From positions 1,838-65,837 of the forward strand of contig JAJEGM010000028.1 of the NCBI GenBank assembly GCA_022819825.1: a stretch of DNA of 64,000 nucleotides, in the 5' to 3' direction. This DNA comes from Acidimicrobiia bacterium. Its GTDB lineage: Bacteria; Actinomycetota; Acidimicrobiia; Acidimicrobiales; Bin134. The notes beneath the pieces were generated by a model that was given only the letters and a program-made list of their open reading frames with translations, searched no databases and had not been told where the DNA came from. Made by a program: the position numbers and the translations under genes. How positions within the stretch are numbered: position 1 is the first letter of the stretch; the number at the start of each line of letters is the position of its first letter. Shown here piece by piece: positions 37,107-46,324 of this stretch.

Positions 37107-37742
37107 CTAGCTCATCCAGCCGGCCACCAGCTCCGGTCCCCGCACCTGCCACTCCTCTGCGGTGATGCCATAGCGAACGTGGTCTTCCCAACTGCCGTTG
37201 ATCTCCAGGTAGCGCAGAGCGATGCCCTCGTTTCGGATGCCCAGCTTCTCCACCACACGACGACTGGCCTGGTTGCGGGGGATGATATTGATCTGCACCC
37301 GGTGCAATCCCAGCGTCTCGAAGGCGTAGTCGAGCACCACCACCAGAGCCTCGGGGGCGTACTCCCGCCCGGCGTGGCGGTGGTCGATCCAGTACCCCAC
37401 ATGACCGCTTTGGAAGGGTCCCCGCTGCACCCCCGACAGGTTCATCTCCCCCACCAGCCGACCGTCGGCGAACACTCCGAACCCATAGCCAGCATCCATC
37501 TGGCGCTCCCGGTCGCGAGCGCTGCACCGGGCGGCGAAGGCCAAGCGGTCTTCCACCACGTCGGGCTGGGTGCTGGGCGGCTTTGGTTCCCACGGGGTGA
37601 GCCACTCCCGGTTGGCCCGGCGCACCGCCTGCCATTCGGCGAAGTCGCTCTCCACCAGCGGGCGCAACTCCACCCGAGCCCCGCGAAGCACATCCCCCTC
37701 CCGAACCCCCCGCAACCTCCCCCAAGCCCGCACAACCCGCAA
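37107..37742 (-). CDS. GNAT N-acetyltransferase (RimJ/RimL-like)
   Basis: ..VELRPLVESDFAEWQAVRRANREWLTPWEP.. and ..HRVQINIIPRNQASRRVVEKLGIRNEG.. are typical of RimJ-like acetyltransferases. The exact start is uncertain. Confidence 0.8.
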   Translation of the reverse strand: MRVVRAWGRLRGVREGDVLRGARVELRPLVESDFAEWQAVRRANREWLTPWEPKPPSTQPDVVEDRLAFAARCSARDRERQMDAGYGFGVFADGRLVGEMNLSGVQRGPFQSGHVGYWIDHRHAGREYAPEALVVVLDYAFETLGLHRVQINIIPRNQASRRVVEKLGIRNEGIALRYLEINGSWEDHVRYGITAEEWQVRGPELVAGWMS

Positions 37743-37815
37743 ACCTACTCCTTCTTTCAGAAAAAGGTGGGGGGTAAGAGGGGTAGGTGTGGTGGTGGGT
37801 GGCCCGGCTCAGGGC

Positions 37816-37849
37816 GCCCGCCGCCCGCAGCCCTGCGAGGACGGCGGGC
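37816..37849 (-). terminator. GC-rich hairpin downstream of ppx (candidate terminator)
   Basis: GCCCGCCG..CGCAG-CC-CTGCG..CGGCGGGC nested inverted repeats lie in the 154-nt gap after the ppx stop. There is no U-tract. Confidence 0.3.
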
Positions 37850-37896
37850 TGGGCCGGGACAGGACCCGCCACCACGCCGGTTCGCTAACCAGACAG

Positions 37897-38811
37897 TCAG
37901 TCCAACAAGCTCAAAACCATCCCATCCAAGATGTCCGACTCCGACACCAAACAAGATTCAAACCCAAAATGCCGCATGATCTTCACCAGCACCGCCATCC
38001 CCCCCACGATCACATCCACCCGCCCCAGCTCCAACCCTGGATTGAAAGCCCGATCATCCCGAGACTCAGTGGCCAGCGTCCGGAACACGTCCTCAGCCGC
38101 CGCCTTGGTCAGCTCAAAGTGGTGGATCTTGTCCCGGTCGTATTCATGCAACCCCTGTTCCACCGCCGCGGCGGTGGAAATGGTGCCGGCCAACCCCACG
38201 AACGTCCGGGCCTGTCGGGCGGCGGGCATCTCCCGGTCGACATCGTCGAGATGGGCACCGGTCACCGATATACAGGCATGCAACTCCTCAGGAAGCGGCG
38301 GGTCGCCGTGCAGGTATTTCTCGGTGAGCCGCACACAGCCCACATCCAAAGACATGGCCGCCTCGCAAGCGGTGGTGCCCACGCTCAGTTCGGTGGACCC
38401 GCCTCCCAAGTCCACCACCAAGAACGGCCCCAAGGCAGGGTCCAGCTCGGCGGTGGCACCCCGAAAGGAGAGCTGCCCCTCAGCCAATCCGCTCAACAGC
38501 TCGGGGCGGGTACCGATCACCGCCTCGGCGGCGTCAAAAAAATCATTGCGGTTGGCGGCATCCCGGGCCGCAGACGTGGCGGTGATCCGCACCGCTTCCA
38601 CCTCGTGTCGATCCATCACCTCTCGGTAGCGACGCAAACAGTCCAACGTGCGTTCGATGGCCCCCGGGGCCAAACGGCCGGTCTCATCCACCCCCTCCCC
38701 CAAGCGGGTGATGGTCATGAGCCGTTCTAGCGACTCGGTGCCGCCCCGGCTGACCAGCAGGCGGGTGGAGTTTGTGCCGCAGTCGATGGCCGCCACCACC
38801 GGGGATCTCAC
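37897..38811 (-). CDS. ppx: Ppx/GppA-family exopolyphosphatase
   Basis: ..VAAIDCGTNSTRLLV.. ..VVDLGGGSTEL.. ASKHA phosphatase motifs. GTG 38811 forms a GTGA overlap with the DUF501 stop. Confidence 0.85.
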   Translation of the reverse strand: MRSPVVAAIDCGTNSTRLLVSRGGTESLERLMTITRLGEGVDETGRLAPGAIERTLDCLRRYREVMDRHEVEAVRITATSAARDAANRNDFFDAAEAVIGTRPELLSGLAEGQLSFRGATAELDPALGPFLVVDLGGGSTELSVGTTACEAAMSLDVGCVRLTEKYLHGDPPLPEELHACISVTGAHLDDVDREMPAARQARTFVGLAGTISTAAAVEQGLHEYDRDKIHHFELTKAAAEDVFRTLATESRDDRAFNPGLELGRVDVIVGGMAVLVKIMRHFGFESCLVSESDILDGMVLSLLD

Positions 38812-39311
38812 GCCGAATCCTCGGCTTCCAAATGGTTGGCTACCCAGCGCCCTACCGGGTCGTCGCCCCCGGCCAGATGCCAGGCGTAGTGGGCGTGGAG
38901 GCACTTGACCCCCCGGCGGGTGCCTCCCACCCCAGCCGAGGGACGGTGTCCGGCATAGCCGTCGGGGATGGCAGCGTCCCGCTCGGCGGCGTAGCGGCGG
39001 TGGGCGTCGGCAAGCTCGTCGGGATCGACGGCTGCTTCGGCCCGGCCCACTCCCCCGGCCGACTCCAGCCGGCTCACCCGCAGCACATCATCGGGGCCAA
39101 CCAGCCAGTATCGGGTGGGCATTGGGGTGCCGTCGTCCAAGAAAGGAGCGTTCCGCAGCACCCGGGGGGTGCCGTCATCGGCTCTGACAACTATCTCGCA
39201 GGGACCCCGGGGAGCACGGCCCAGCAGGGCCTCGACTTGCTCGGCGTCGCTTCGGTTCAGCGTCAGCCCTTTTTCTTCTTCCTTCTCTTGAACAGCTTCC
39301 TGATGATCCAC
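38808..39311 (-). CDS. DUF501-domain protein
   Basis: ..FLDDGTPMPTRYWLV.. ..VKCLHAHYAWHLAGGDDPVGRWV.. is the DUF501 signature, and the gene occupies the conserved actinobacterial position upstream of ppx. The ATG 39311 start overlaps the preceding gene by 49 nt, so the start is uncertain. Confidence 0.75.
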   Translation of the reverse strand: MDHQEAVQEKEEEKGLTLNRSDAEQVEALLGRAPRGPCEIVVRADDGTPRVLRNAPFLDDGTPMPTRYWLVGPDDVLRVSRLESAGGVGRAEAAVDPDELADAHRRYAAERDAAIPDGYAGHRPSAGVGGTRRGVKCLHAHYAWHLAGGDDPVGRWVANHLEAEDSA

Positions 39312-39916
39312 AGCACGGCGATGAGCCCGGCGATGGGCCCGAACTTCTTGGCCGCCGGCGGGCCGGCGACATCCAGCAGGTCTACTGCTTCGGGCTCGGG
39401 ACTGGACACGGGCCTAACGCCGGAGTCGTCGGCGGAAGCGTCCGGCTCGGAGGAGGCATCATCGGATGAGGAGTCTGAAAGCATGGTCTCCAGATTATCG
39501 GCAAACTGATCCATGATCTTGGCGCTCACATCGGGGATCAGGTTGCGGCCGATCTGAGCCACCTTGCCGGTGATTTTGAGGTCGGTGGTAACCCCGACTT
39601 TGGTCCGATCGTCACCCAGCGCCTCCACCGTGGCGGTGATTGTTGCGCTGGCATTCCCCTGTCCCCGGGTCTCGCGGCCCTCGGCCAGAATGACCACCTG
39701 CATGGCGTCTTGATTGCGTTCGGTGAACGTGGCCTTCCCCTTGTACTGGGCGTTGACCGGCCCGACCTTGACCTTGACCACGCCTCGGTATTCCTCACCC
39801 TCAATCTCGGTGAGCTGGGCACCGGGCAAACAGGGGGCAATTCGCTCCACATCATTGAATGCGGCCCAAACATCGCTGGCCGAGGCGTTGACCTCGATCT
39901 CGTTGCTCATTTCCAT
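39263..39916 (-). CDS. coxG: CoxG-like SRPBCC protein with acidic linker and C-terminal membrane anchor
   Basis: MEMSNEIEVNASASDVWAAFNDVERIAPCLPGAQL.. ..KITGKVAQIGRNLI.. (CoxG family), then an S/D/P-rich linker, the hydrophobic segment FGPIAGLIAVLWII and the tail RKLFKRRKKKKG. Confidence 0.75.
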   Translation of the reverse strand: MEMSNEIEVNASASDVWAAFNDVERIAPCLPGAQLTEIEGEEYRGVVKVKVGPVNAQYKGKATFTERNQDAMQVVILAEGRETRGQGNASATITATVEALGDDRTKVGVTTDLKITGKVAQIGRNLIPDVSAKIMDQFADNLETMLSDSSSDDASSEPDASADDSGVRPVSSPEPEAVDLLDVAGPPAAKKFGPIAGLIAVLWIIRKLFKRRKKKKG

Positions 39917-39955
39917 GCTTGAAAGTCCTCCACAGTCACATCGATTCCGCACACT

Positions 39956-40513
39956 TCAAGACCATGCTTGCAAGTCCTGAACAGTGTCAAAATCCACCGG
40001 TTCTCCGGCACAGGATACTTCCGTAACCTGCTCGGGCCTCATTTGGATGAGCATTCTGGCCCCCACATCCCCGCTGGTGGGCAGCAGCGGCCAGACCGCC
40101 GCCCCCAGCTTCACCGGGGGGCTGCGGCGCCCCTTATAAACGGCGGTTACCAGATCGCCCTCGACCTCAGCCACCACCCGCCACGACTCAGCCCCCACGA
40201 GGGGCTGGTCGCCCAACCCGATCACCACCGCGTCGTGACCGTCATTCTCGGCGGTGAACACCCCAGCCCGCAGCGAGGTGGCTTGGCCCAGTTCCCAGGA
40301 GTGGTTCTCCACCAGCACCACCCCGTCGGGGATCAGGTCGCGCAACTCCACCGCCCCGGTCACGATGTACACCGCGTCGAGCCCGGCCTCCAGCGCGGCA
40401 TCGAGGGCGTGTTGCACCACGGTCTTGCCCCGAAACGGAGCTCGCAGCTTGTGGGTGTCTCCCCCGAAACGGGTGCCAGCACCCGCGGCCAACACAATGG
40501 CGGCGGTGGTCAT
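39956..40513 (-). CDS. mocA: MobA-like nucleotidyltransferase (molybdenum cofactor cytidylyltransferase-like)
   Basis: MTTAAIVLAAGAGTRFGG.K.. and ..GLGDQP.. motifs of the MocA/CoxC-adjacent NTP-transferase family. Confidence 0.75.
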   Translation of the reverse strand: MTTAAIVLAAGAGTRFGGDTHKLRAPFRGKTVVQHALDAALEAGLDAVYIVTGAVELRDLIPDGVVLVENHSWELGQATSLRAGVFTAENDGHDAVVIGLGDQPLVGAESWRVVAEVEGDLVTAVYKGRRSPPVKLGAAVWPLLPTSGDVGARMLIQMRPEQVTEVSCAGEPVDFDTVQDLQAWS

Positions 40514-40547
40514 AGCCGCGCCCCCTCAAACAGATTGGTTTCGATGG

Positions 40548-41723
40548 TCATGGTCCGAACACCTCGCCGTTGGGGTGGAATGCCGACCAGGCGAACCAGA
40601 ACTCGTTGGTGTGTACTACCGGGGCGAGGGTGGTCCCGGCCAACTCCCCTTCGACCGCTTGGCCGAGCACGTTCCAGGTCGAGCCGGTGCGGTTGTCGGT
40701 GAAGCGTCCGTTGCCTAGGGGTGAGAACTCGAGCGGCTCGCCGTCGACCCGCCGGTCGAAGGCCAGGGCCGCCCCCACGTCCGCGCCGCCCGCAGTGACG
40801 GGGGAATCCAGCGCATCGGCGGTGCCCGGCGACCACAGCACCACCACTGGAACCCCGACCACGGTGTCGTTCACCGCTTCGTTGGCCTGCACCACGCTGA
40901 ACGGGTAGGCCTTGTCATGGTCGTTCACCGTCACCCCGACGGTGCGCTCCAGCGCAGGGTAGCGATCATCCAGGATGGTGGAGTCGAAGAACCCGGGAAT
41001 GGGCGCTGACCGAGAGGTGTACTGCACATAGGGATTGCGGCCATAACTGCTGGCGGGACGGCCGGGCGGCGCCAGCACCACCCCGTCGGGATAGCCGGCT
41101 TTGAAGTCGCTCCACGACACGATGGCCGACGGGATCACGTCCAGGCGGTGGCCGGCGAAGGCCCCCACCAGGCCTTCGCCACCGATCTGCTGCCACAACG
41201 ACTCGGTGGCGTCGTCCCACATCACCAGGTCGCTATTGCGGAGCAGCCCGGAGGTGCCAAAGCGAAGGCGCTGGCCGTTTACCACCGGGTCGAACACCAA
41301 AGCGCTGTTGCACAACGGGCAGTAGGTGACCAGCACCGGTCGGCCATCGATCTCATCGTTGACGATCTCGTGGACGATGAGCATGGCCAGCGGATAGAAG
41401 CGGGCGGTATCCCCCACAACCAGCAGCAGGCCAGGTTCAGGGTCGGACCAACCGGCCTCTGATGCCGGGGCAAACTCGGGATTGTCGATGGGCGGGATGC
41501 GGTCGCGGATGGGAATCACCTGGATACCGATGCGCAGCTCGTTTAGGTCGATGGTGCGGGTGGACCAGTCGGTGGCCCAATCACCCGACACGAAGGCCAG
41601 ATCCCCAGTGGGGCCGTCGCCCCCGGTGACCACCTGAGGGGTGGGAAGGGCAGGAACCGAGGCAGAGCTGCCACAGGCCGAGAGCACCAGCGCCGCCGCT
41701 ACCAGCGGGGCGAGATGCTTCAT
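40548..41723 (-). CDS. DUF3179-domain lipoprotein
   Basis: Lipobox LVLSAC. ..RDRIPPIDNPEF.. ..RPVLVTYCPLCNSALVF.. ..FGTSGLLRNSDLVMWD.. are the DUF3179 hallmark blocks. Its ATG forms an ATGA overlap with the XdhC stop. Confidence 0.8.
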   Translation of the reverse strand: MKHLAPLVAAALVLSACGSSASVPALPTPQVVTGGDGPTGDLAFVSGDWATDWSTRTIDLNELRIGIQVIPIRDRIPPIDNPEFAPASEAGWSDPEPGLLLVVGDTARFYPLAMLIVHEIVNDEIDGRPVLVTYCPLCNSALVFDPVVNGQRLRFGTSGLLRNSDLVMWDDATESLWQQIGGEGLVGAFAGHRLDVIPSAIVSWSDFKAGYPDGVVLAPPGRPASSYGRNPYVQYTSRSAPIPGFFDSTILDDRYPALERTVGVTVNDHDKAYPFSVVQANEAVNDTVVGVPVVVLWSPGTADALDSPVTAGGADVGAALAFDRRVDGEPLEFSPLGNGRFTDNRTGSTWNVLGQAVEGELAGTTLAPVVHTNEFWFAWSAFHPNGEVFGP

Positions 41724-42520
41724 CCCTCAGCCGGTGGGCGGTGGATGGGGCCTTCGCTGTCGCGCAGCGACGGAGCGGCGTGGCCAGTGCGGTTGGCGAT
41801 GATCTCGGCGCACACCGAGATGGCGGTCTCTTCGGGGGTGCGGGAGCCGATGTCCAGCCCGATGGGAGCCATGAGCCGGTCGATTCCCTTCTGGTCTACC
41901 CCCACCTCGTGCAACCGCTCCAAGCGGGTGGCGTGGGTCCGGCGGCTGCCCATGACCCCGATGTAGCCCACGTCGGTGGCCACGGCCCGCTGCACGGCGG
42001 GCACGTCGAATTTGGGGTCGTGGGTGAGGATGCACACCGCGTCGTGGGGGCCAAGCCGGTCGCCGTAATGGTCAAACACCTCGTCGGGCCAGGCAACCAT
42101 CACCCGGTCGGCCATGGGGAACCGCTTGACGGTGGCGAACACCGAGCGGGCGTCGGCCACGATCACGTTGAACCCCAGCAGCTTGCCGGCCCGGGCCAGC
42201 GCGGCAGTGAAGTCCACCGCCCCGAAGACGAGCATGATCGGCGGGGGCGAGAACGACTCAATGAACACCGACACATCGGTCTCGCGGGCCTGCCCCTCGG
42301 CGCCATAGTGGCGCACGCCGGTGCGGCCGGCGGCCAACTCCCCTACCGCGTCCCGGCTCACGATCCGGTCGAGCTCGGGATGGCCCAGCGTGCCGAGGAC
42401 GTAGCCGTCGGGCTCCACCACCAGCTTGGCCCCGGCGTTGTGGCCCTCGATGACGGTGGCCAGCGCCACCGGCCGCTCGTCCACGATGGCCTCCCGAAGC
42501 CGGTCGTAGAGTTCAGACAC
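41720..42520 (-). CDS. XdhC/CoxI-family molybdo-enzyme maturation protein (N-terminal plus Rossmann domains)
   Basis: ..RPVALATVIEGHNAGAKLVV.. and ..IMLVFGAVDFTAALARAGKLLGFNVIVADAR.. ..YIGVMGSRR.. Confidence 0.8.
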   Translation of the reverse strand: MSELYDRLREAIVDERPVALATVIEGHNAGAKLVVEPDGYVLGTLGHPELDRIVSRDAVGELAAGRTGVRHYGAEGQARETDVSVFIESFSPPPIMLVFGAVDFTAALARAGKLLGFNVIVADARSVFATVKRFPMADRVMVAWPDEVFDHYGDRLGPHDAVCILTHDPKFDVPAVQRAVATDVGYIGVMGSRRTHATRLERLHEVGVDQKGIDRLMAPIGLDIGSRTPEETAISVCAEIIANRTGHAAPSLRDSEGPIHRPPAEG

Positions 42521-42522
42521 CG

Positions 42523-42837
42523 CTACCAGTCCAGAGGCTCGATGAACAGGTGGATGGTGCCTCCGCAGGTGAGCCCTACTGCGAAAGCCTCGTCGTCGCT
42601 GTAGCCGAAGCTGACCATCCGCCGCTCACCAGTTTCGAGGATGTCGAGGGCCTCGGCCACTACCGCGCCCTCCACGCAACCCCCCGACACCGACCCGATC
42701 ACGTCGCCGTTGTCGCTGACGGCCATGGCCGCGCCGGGGTCTCGGGGGCCGGATCCCTCCACGTTGACCACCCGGGCCAGCGCCACTTGCCGGCCTTCGG
42801 CCCGCCAAGTGTTCAAGTCGGCCAAGATCTCTTTCAT
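42523..42837 (-). CDS. XdhC/CoxI N-terminal-domain-only protein
   Basis: 104 aa. ..VALARVVNVEGSGPRDPGAAMAV..GSVSGGCVE.. ..GLTCGGTIHLFIEP is the XdhC_CoxI domain. Confidence 0.75.
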   Translation of the reverse strand: MKEILADLNTWRAEGRQVALARVVNVEGSGPRDPGAAMAVSDNGDVIGSVSGGCVEGAVVAEALDILETGERRMVSFGYSDDEAFAVGLTCGGTIHLFIEPLDW

Positions 42838-43988
42838 CCAGATGCTCCGATCAGAAGAGATGGTTCCGCCGGGGCCTGATCATCGGCCAGCACCGCGGCG
42901 AGGCGCTCCAACGAGTGCAGCGAATGGCCCTCGATGAAGTCGTCGATGTGGGGCAGGGCGGCGGCCATACCCTGGGCCAAGGGCTGGTAGCCGGGGGTGG
43001 CCTTCAGCGGATTCACCCACACGAGTCTATGGGTCACCCGGTGCAATCGGGCCATCTGCTCGGCCATCACCTCCGGGCTTCCCCGATCCCAGCCGTCGCT
43101 CAAGATGACCACGGTGGCCCCCCGGGCCATGCCCCGGATGCCCCACAGATCGTTGAACTCGGCCAGGGTGTCGCCCAGACGGGTGCCGCCCGACCAATCG
43201 CTTACCGCATCGGCTGCCTCGCCCAGCGCCCGGTCGGGGTCCCGTGATGACAACTCCCGGGTGATGCGGGTCAGCCGAGTGCCGATGGTGAACACCTCCA
43301 CCCGGCGCCGGCCCACCACCGCGGCGTGGACAAAGCGGATGAGGGCACGGGCGTACGACTCCATCGACCCGGAGATGTCCAGCAACAGCACCACCCGGCG
43401 AAGCCGCTCCCCTGGCTCGGTGTACCAGCGCCGCACCGGCTCCCCCCCACTGCGGATGGCGGCCCGCACCGTGCGGCGCAGCTCGGGATGCCCGGCGGTG
43501 CGGTGGGTGCGGCGGCGACGACGGGATCGGCGGGTGCCGCCGATGCGGGCCATGGCCGCCATGAGCCGGTGGGCCTCGTCGAGCTCGTCGTCGGTGAAAT
43601 CGGCGAAGTCCTTGTCGCGCAGCACCTCGTGGCGGCTCCAGCGCAGGGTGAGGGTGGGATCACCGGGGTCTTCGTCGCCCCCGTCATCTTCACCGTCATC
43701 ATCGCCGTCGTCGTCCACCACCAGGGTGATGGGCTGGGTGACCTCAACTACCGGGGTGGCCACCAGCTGCTGGCCGCCGTAGTAGGCGTCGAAGATCTTG
43801 TCGTAGAGCTCGATGTCGTCGGGCTCGGTCACCAGGGTGGCCCGACCGGCCCAGTACACCGCGCTGCGCTGGTCCAGGCCCACCGCGCCGAGCGCCTGGT
43901 AGTAGTTCACCGACGACCCCACGGCCACGTCAATGCCCGCGCCTCGAAGGGCGTTTACGAAACCGACCGCGACTTCGTCAGCCCGCAC
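42834..43988 (-). CDS. coxE: VWA-domain protein, CoxE-like
   Basis: ..VVLLLDISGSM.. MIDAS motif and ..VVILSDGWDRG... The CoxE-type N-terminal region is present. There is a 4-nt overlap downstream and an 11-nt overlap upstream. Confidence 0.8.
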   Translation of the reverse strand: MRADEVAVGFVNALRGAGIDVAVGSSVNYYQALGAVGLDQRSAVYWAGRATLVTEPDDIELYDKIFDAYYGGQQLVATPVVEVTQPITLVVDDDGDDDGEDDGGDEDPGDPTLTLRWSRHEVLRDKDFADFTDDELDEAHRLMAAMARIGGTRRSRRRRRTHRTAGHPELRRTVRAAIRSGGEPVRRWYTEPGERLRRVVLLLDISGSMESYARALIRFVHAAVVGRRRVEVFTIGTRLTRITRELSSRDPDRALGEAADAVSDWSGGTRLGDTLAEFNDLWGIRGMARGATVVILSDGWDRGSPEVMAEQMARLHRVTHRLVWVNPLKATPGYQPLAQGMAAALPHIDDFIEGHSLHSLERLAAVLADDQAPAEPSLLIGASG

Positions 43989-44892
43989 GGGCGATGGCCT
44001 GCTCGATCAGGCCGCCGATGCCCTGGTCAACAACCCGCTGCTGGTCTTCTCGGTACTTGAGTACCGATCCCAGGCTGGCCTGGGTGATCTCAGGAGTCAG
44101 CTCGGCGGCGCCGAGTCGGCCCAACGCCAGACTCCAATCGATGCTCTCGGCCACGCCAGGAGGTTTGTACAGGCCCAGCTCTCGGAAGGTGGCCACCGCA
44201 GCGGCCACCTGTCGGGCCAACAGCTCGCTCACTCCGGGCGCCCGCCGGCCGATGATGGCCACCTCCCGTTCGAAGCCGGGATGCTCCACCCAGTGGTACA
44301 GGCACCGGCGCTTGAGCGCGTCGTGGACATCCCGGGTGCGGTTGGAGGTGATGATGACTCGGGGGGGCGTGGTGGCCGCGAACCGGCCGATCTCGGGCAC
44401 GGTCACCGCATAGTCCGACAGGATCTCCAGCAGGAACGCCTCAAACTCGTCGTCGGCCCGGTCTACCTCGTCGATCAACAGCACCGGGGGCGGGCCCTCG
44501 ACACCGGCGATGGCCCGCAGCAGGGGACGACGAATGAGGAAGCGCTCAGAGTAGAGCTCGTCTTCCAGGGCGTCGGCTGTTTCCCGGGTGGCGCCTCCGG
44601 TGGCCTCTGCGGTGCGCAGGTGCAGGAGCTGGCGGGAGTAGTCCCACTCGTACACCGCCTGGGCCACGTCGATTCCCTCGTAGCACTGGAGGCGGATCAG
44701 CTCCCCGCCGGTCCAGGCGGCCAGGGCATTGGCCGTCTCGGTCTTACCCACGCCTGGTTCGCCCTCCAAGAGCAGGGGGCGGTTCAGGGTCATGGCCAAG
44801 AAAACGGCGGTGGCCAACCCCTCGTCGGCCAGGTAGTCACAGCCCGCCAGCCCGTCGGCCACTTCGGCAGCCGTTACGGGCTCAGAACTCAT
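43978..44892 (-). CDS. coxD: MoxR-like AAA+ ATPase, CoxD-like
   Basis: Walker A LLLEGEPGVGKTE, Walker B VLLIDEVDRA and ..VIITSNRTR.. Confidence 0.88.
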   Translation of the reverse strand: MSSEPVTAAEVADGLAGCDYLADEGLATAVFLAMTLNRPLLLEGEPGVGKTETANALAAWTGGELIRLQCYEGIDVAQAVYEWDYSRQLLHLRTAEATGGATRETADALEDELYSERFLIRRPLLRAIAGVEGPPPVLLIDEVDRADDEFEAFLLEILSDYAVTVPEIGRFAATTPPRVIITSNRTRDVHDALKRRCLYHWVEHPGFEREVAIIGRRAPGVSELLARQVAAAVATFRELGLYKPPGVAESIDWSLALGRLGAAELTPEITQASLGSVLKYREDQQRVVDQGIGGLIEQAIARAG

Positions 44893-44939
44893 AGCCCACC
44901 TCGGCGGCCGAAGAAGGCTGAGGGCCCAAAGGCTGGGCG

Positions 44940-45764
44940 TTAGCGTCCAGCGGCTTCGAGCGCCCGGCGGGTGAGCACCCGGGCGAGGTGCTCCCGGTAC
45001 TCGGGCCCGGCGTTCAGGTCAGATGGCGGGTTGGTGCCCTCGGCCGCAGCTTCGGCCGCGTCGGAGGCCGACGCGCCTCCGGCTAGGGCGGCTTCCACAC
45101 CGGCGGCCCGGACAGGGATGCTGTCCATGTTCACCAGGCCCACGCCGGAGTTGCCGTTGGCCACGATGGCCGAAACGCCCACGATGGCCCAATCTTGGGC
45201 TCGGCGGTTGAACTTCTGGAAGCCCCACGTGGCGTCGGGCATCTTGGGCACCCGGATCTCGGTGAGCAACTCGTCGTCGCCCAGAGCGGTCTCCAGGAAA
45301 CCGGTGAAGAAGTCGTCGATGGCGATCTCCCGCTCGCCGCCCGGCCCCCGCGCTACCAAGGTGGCCCGCATGGCCAGCATCACCGACGGCAGGTCGGATG
45401 CCGGATCGCCGTGAGCGATGGAACCACCGATGGTGCCCCGGTGGCGCACTTGGGGATCGCCCACGTGACTGGTGGCCTCGGCCAAGAGCCCGGCCTGCGA
45501 CTGCACCAGCTCGCTGGTCTCCACGTCGCGGTGGCGGGTGAGGACGCCGATGGCCAAGTGGTCGCCGGCGTCGTTGATGTAGCTGAGGTCGTCGAGGCGG
45601 CCGATGTCCACCAGCACTGCGGGGGTGGCCAGCCGCAGCTTCATGAGCGGCAGCAGGGAGTGGCCGCCGGCCAGCAGCTTGGCCTCGTCGCCGTGCTCGG
45701 CGAGCGCAGCAAGCGCCTCTTCAGCCGATCCGGCCCGGATGTAGTCGAATGCCGCAGGAATCAT
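44940..45764 (-). CDS. coxM: FAD-binding medium subunit of a xanthine-oxidase-family molybdo-hydroxylase (CoxM/CutM-like)
   Basis: [21 protein letters not shown].. ..[17 protein letters not shown].. ..[12 protein letters not shown]... ATG 45764 forms an ATGA overlap with the coxS stop. Confidence 0.88.
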   Translation of the reverse strand: MIPAAFDYIRAGSAEEALAALAEHGDEAKLLAGGHSLLPLMKLRLATPAVLVDIGRLDDLSYINDAGDHLAIGVLTRHRDVETSELVQSQAGLLAEATSHVGDPQVRHRGTIGGSIAHGDPASDLPSVMLAMRATLVARGPGGEREIAIDDFFTGFLETALGDDELLTEIRVPKMPDATWGFQKFNRRAQDWAIVGVSAIVANGNSGVGLVNMDSIPVRAAGVEAALAGGASASDAAEAAAEGTNPPSDLNAGPEYREHLARVLTRRALEAAGR

Positions 45765-46222
45765 GACGAGGCCTCCGCACAGTGCAAAACCGCTTTGACG
45801 ATGTTGTGGTACCCGGTGCAGCGACAAAGGTTGCCCTCGAGGCCGATGCGAACTTCTCGCTCGGTGGGGTCGGGATTCTCATCCAGCAGCGAGACAGCGG
45901 CCATGACCATGCCCGGCGTGCAGTAACCGCACTGGAGGGCGTGGCACTGGCGGAACGACTCCTGCATGGGGTGGAGCACGTCGCCGTCGGCCAGGCCTTC
46001 GATGGTCAAGAGGTCTTGCCCGTCGGCCTGCACAGCCAGCATGGTGCAGGATTTCACCGACTCGCCGTTCACATGGATGGTGCAGGCACCGCACGAGGAG
46101 GTGTCGCACCCGATGTTGGTGCCGGTGAGCCCAACCACGTCGCGGATGTAATGAACCAGCAGCGTGCGCGGCTCCACATCATGCGAATGGCTGTCCCCAT
46201 TGATGGTGACCGTTACTTCCAC
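45761..46222 (-). CDS. coxS: [2Fe-2S] small subunit of a xanthine-oxidase-family molybdo-hydroxylase (CoxS/CutS-like)
   Basis: Two cluster motifs: [12 protein letters not shown]..-..C and CGYCTPGM..-..CRCTGY. Confidence 0.9.
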   Translation of the reverse strand: MEVTVTINGDSHSHDVEPRTLLVHYIRDVVGLTGTNIGCDTSSCGACTIHVNGESVKSCTMLAVQADGQDLLTIEGLADGDVLHPMQESFRQCHALQCGYCTPGMVMAAVSLLDENPDPTEREVRIGLEGNLCRCTGYHNIVKAVLHCAEASS

Positions 46223-46324
46223 GGCATCTCCCTAATCGTCTTCCGGGTCCGCGAGGAAATCTAGTACACCCACCCCCCCTCAGGTCACCCCGAACGGCAA
46301 GCCAAGCCATTGGCCGCCGGCAGC

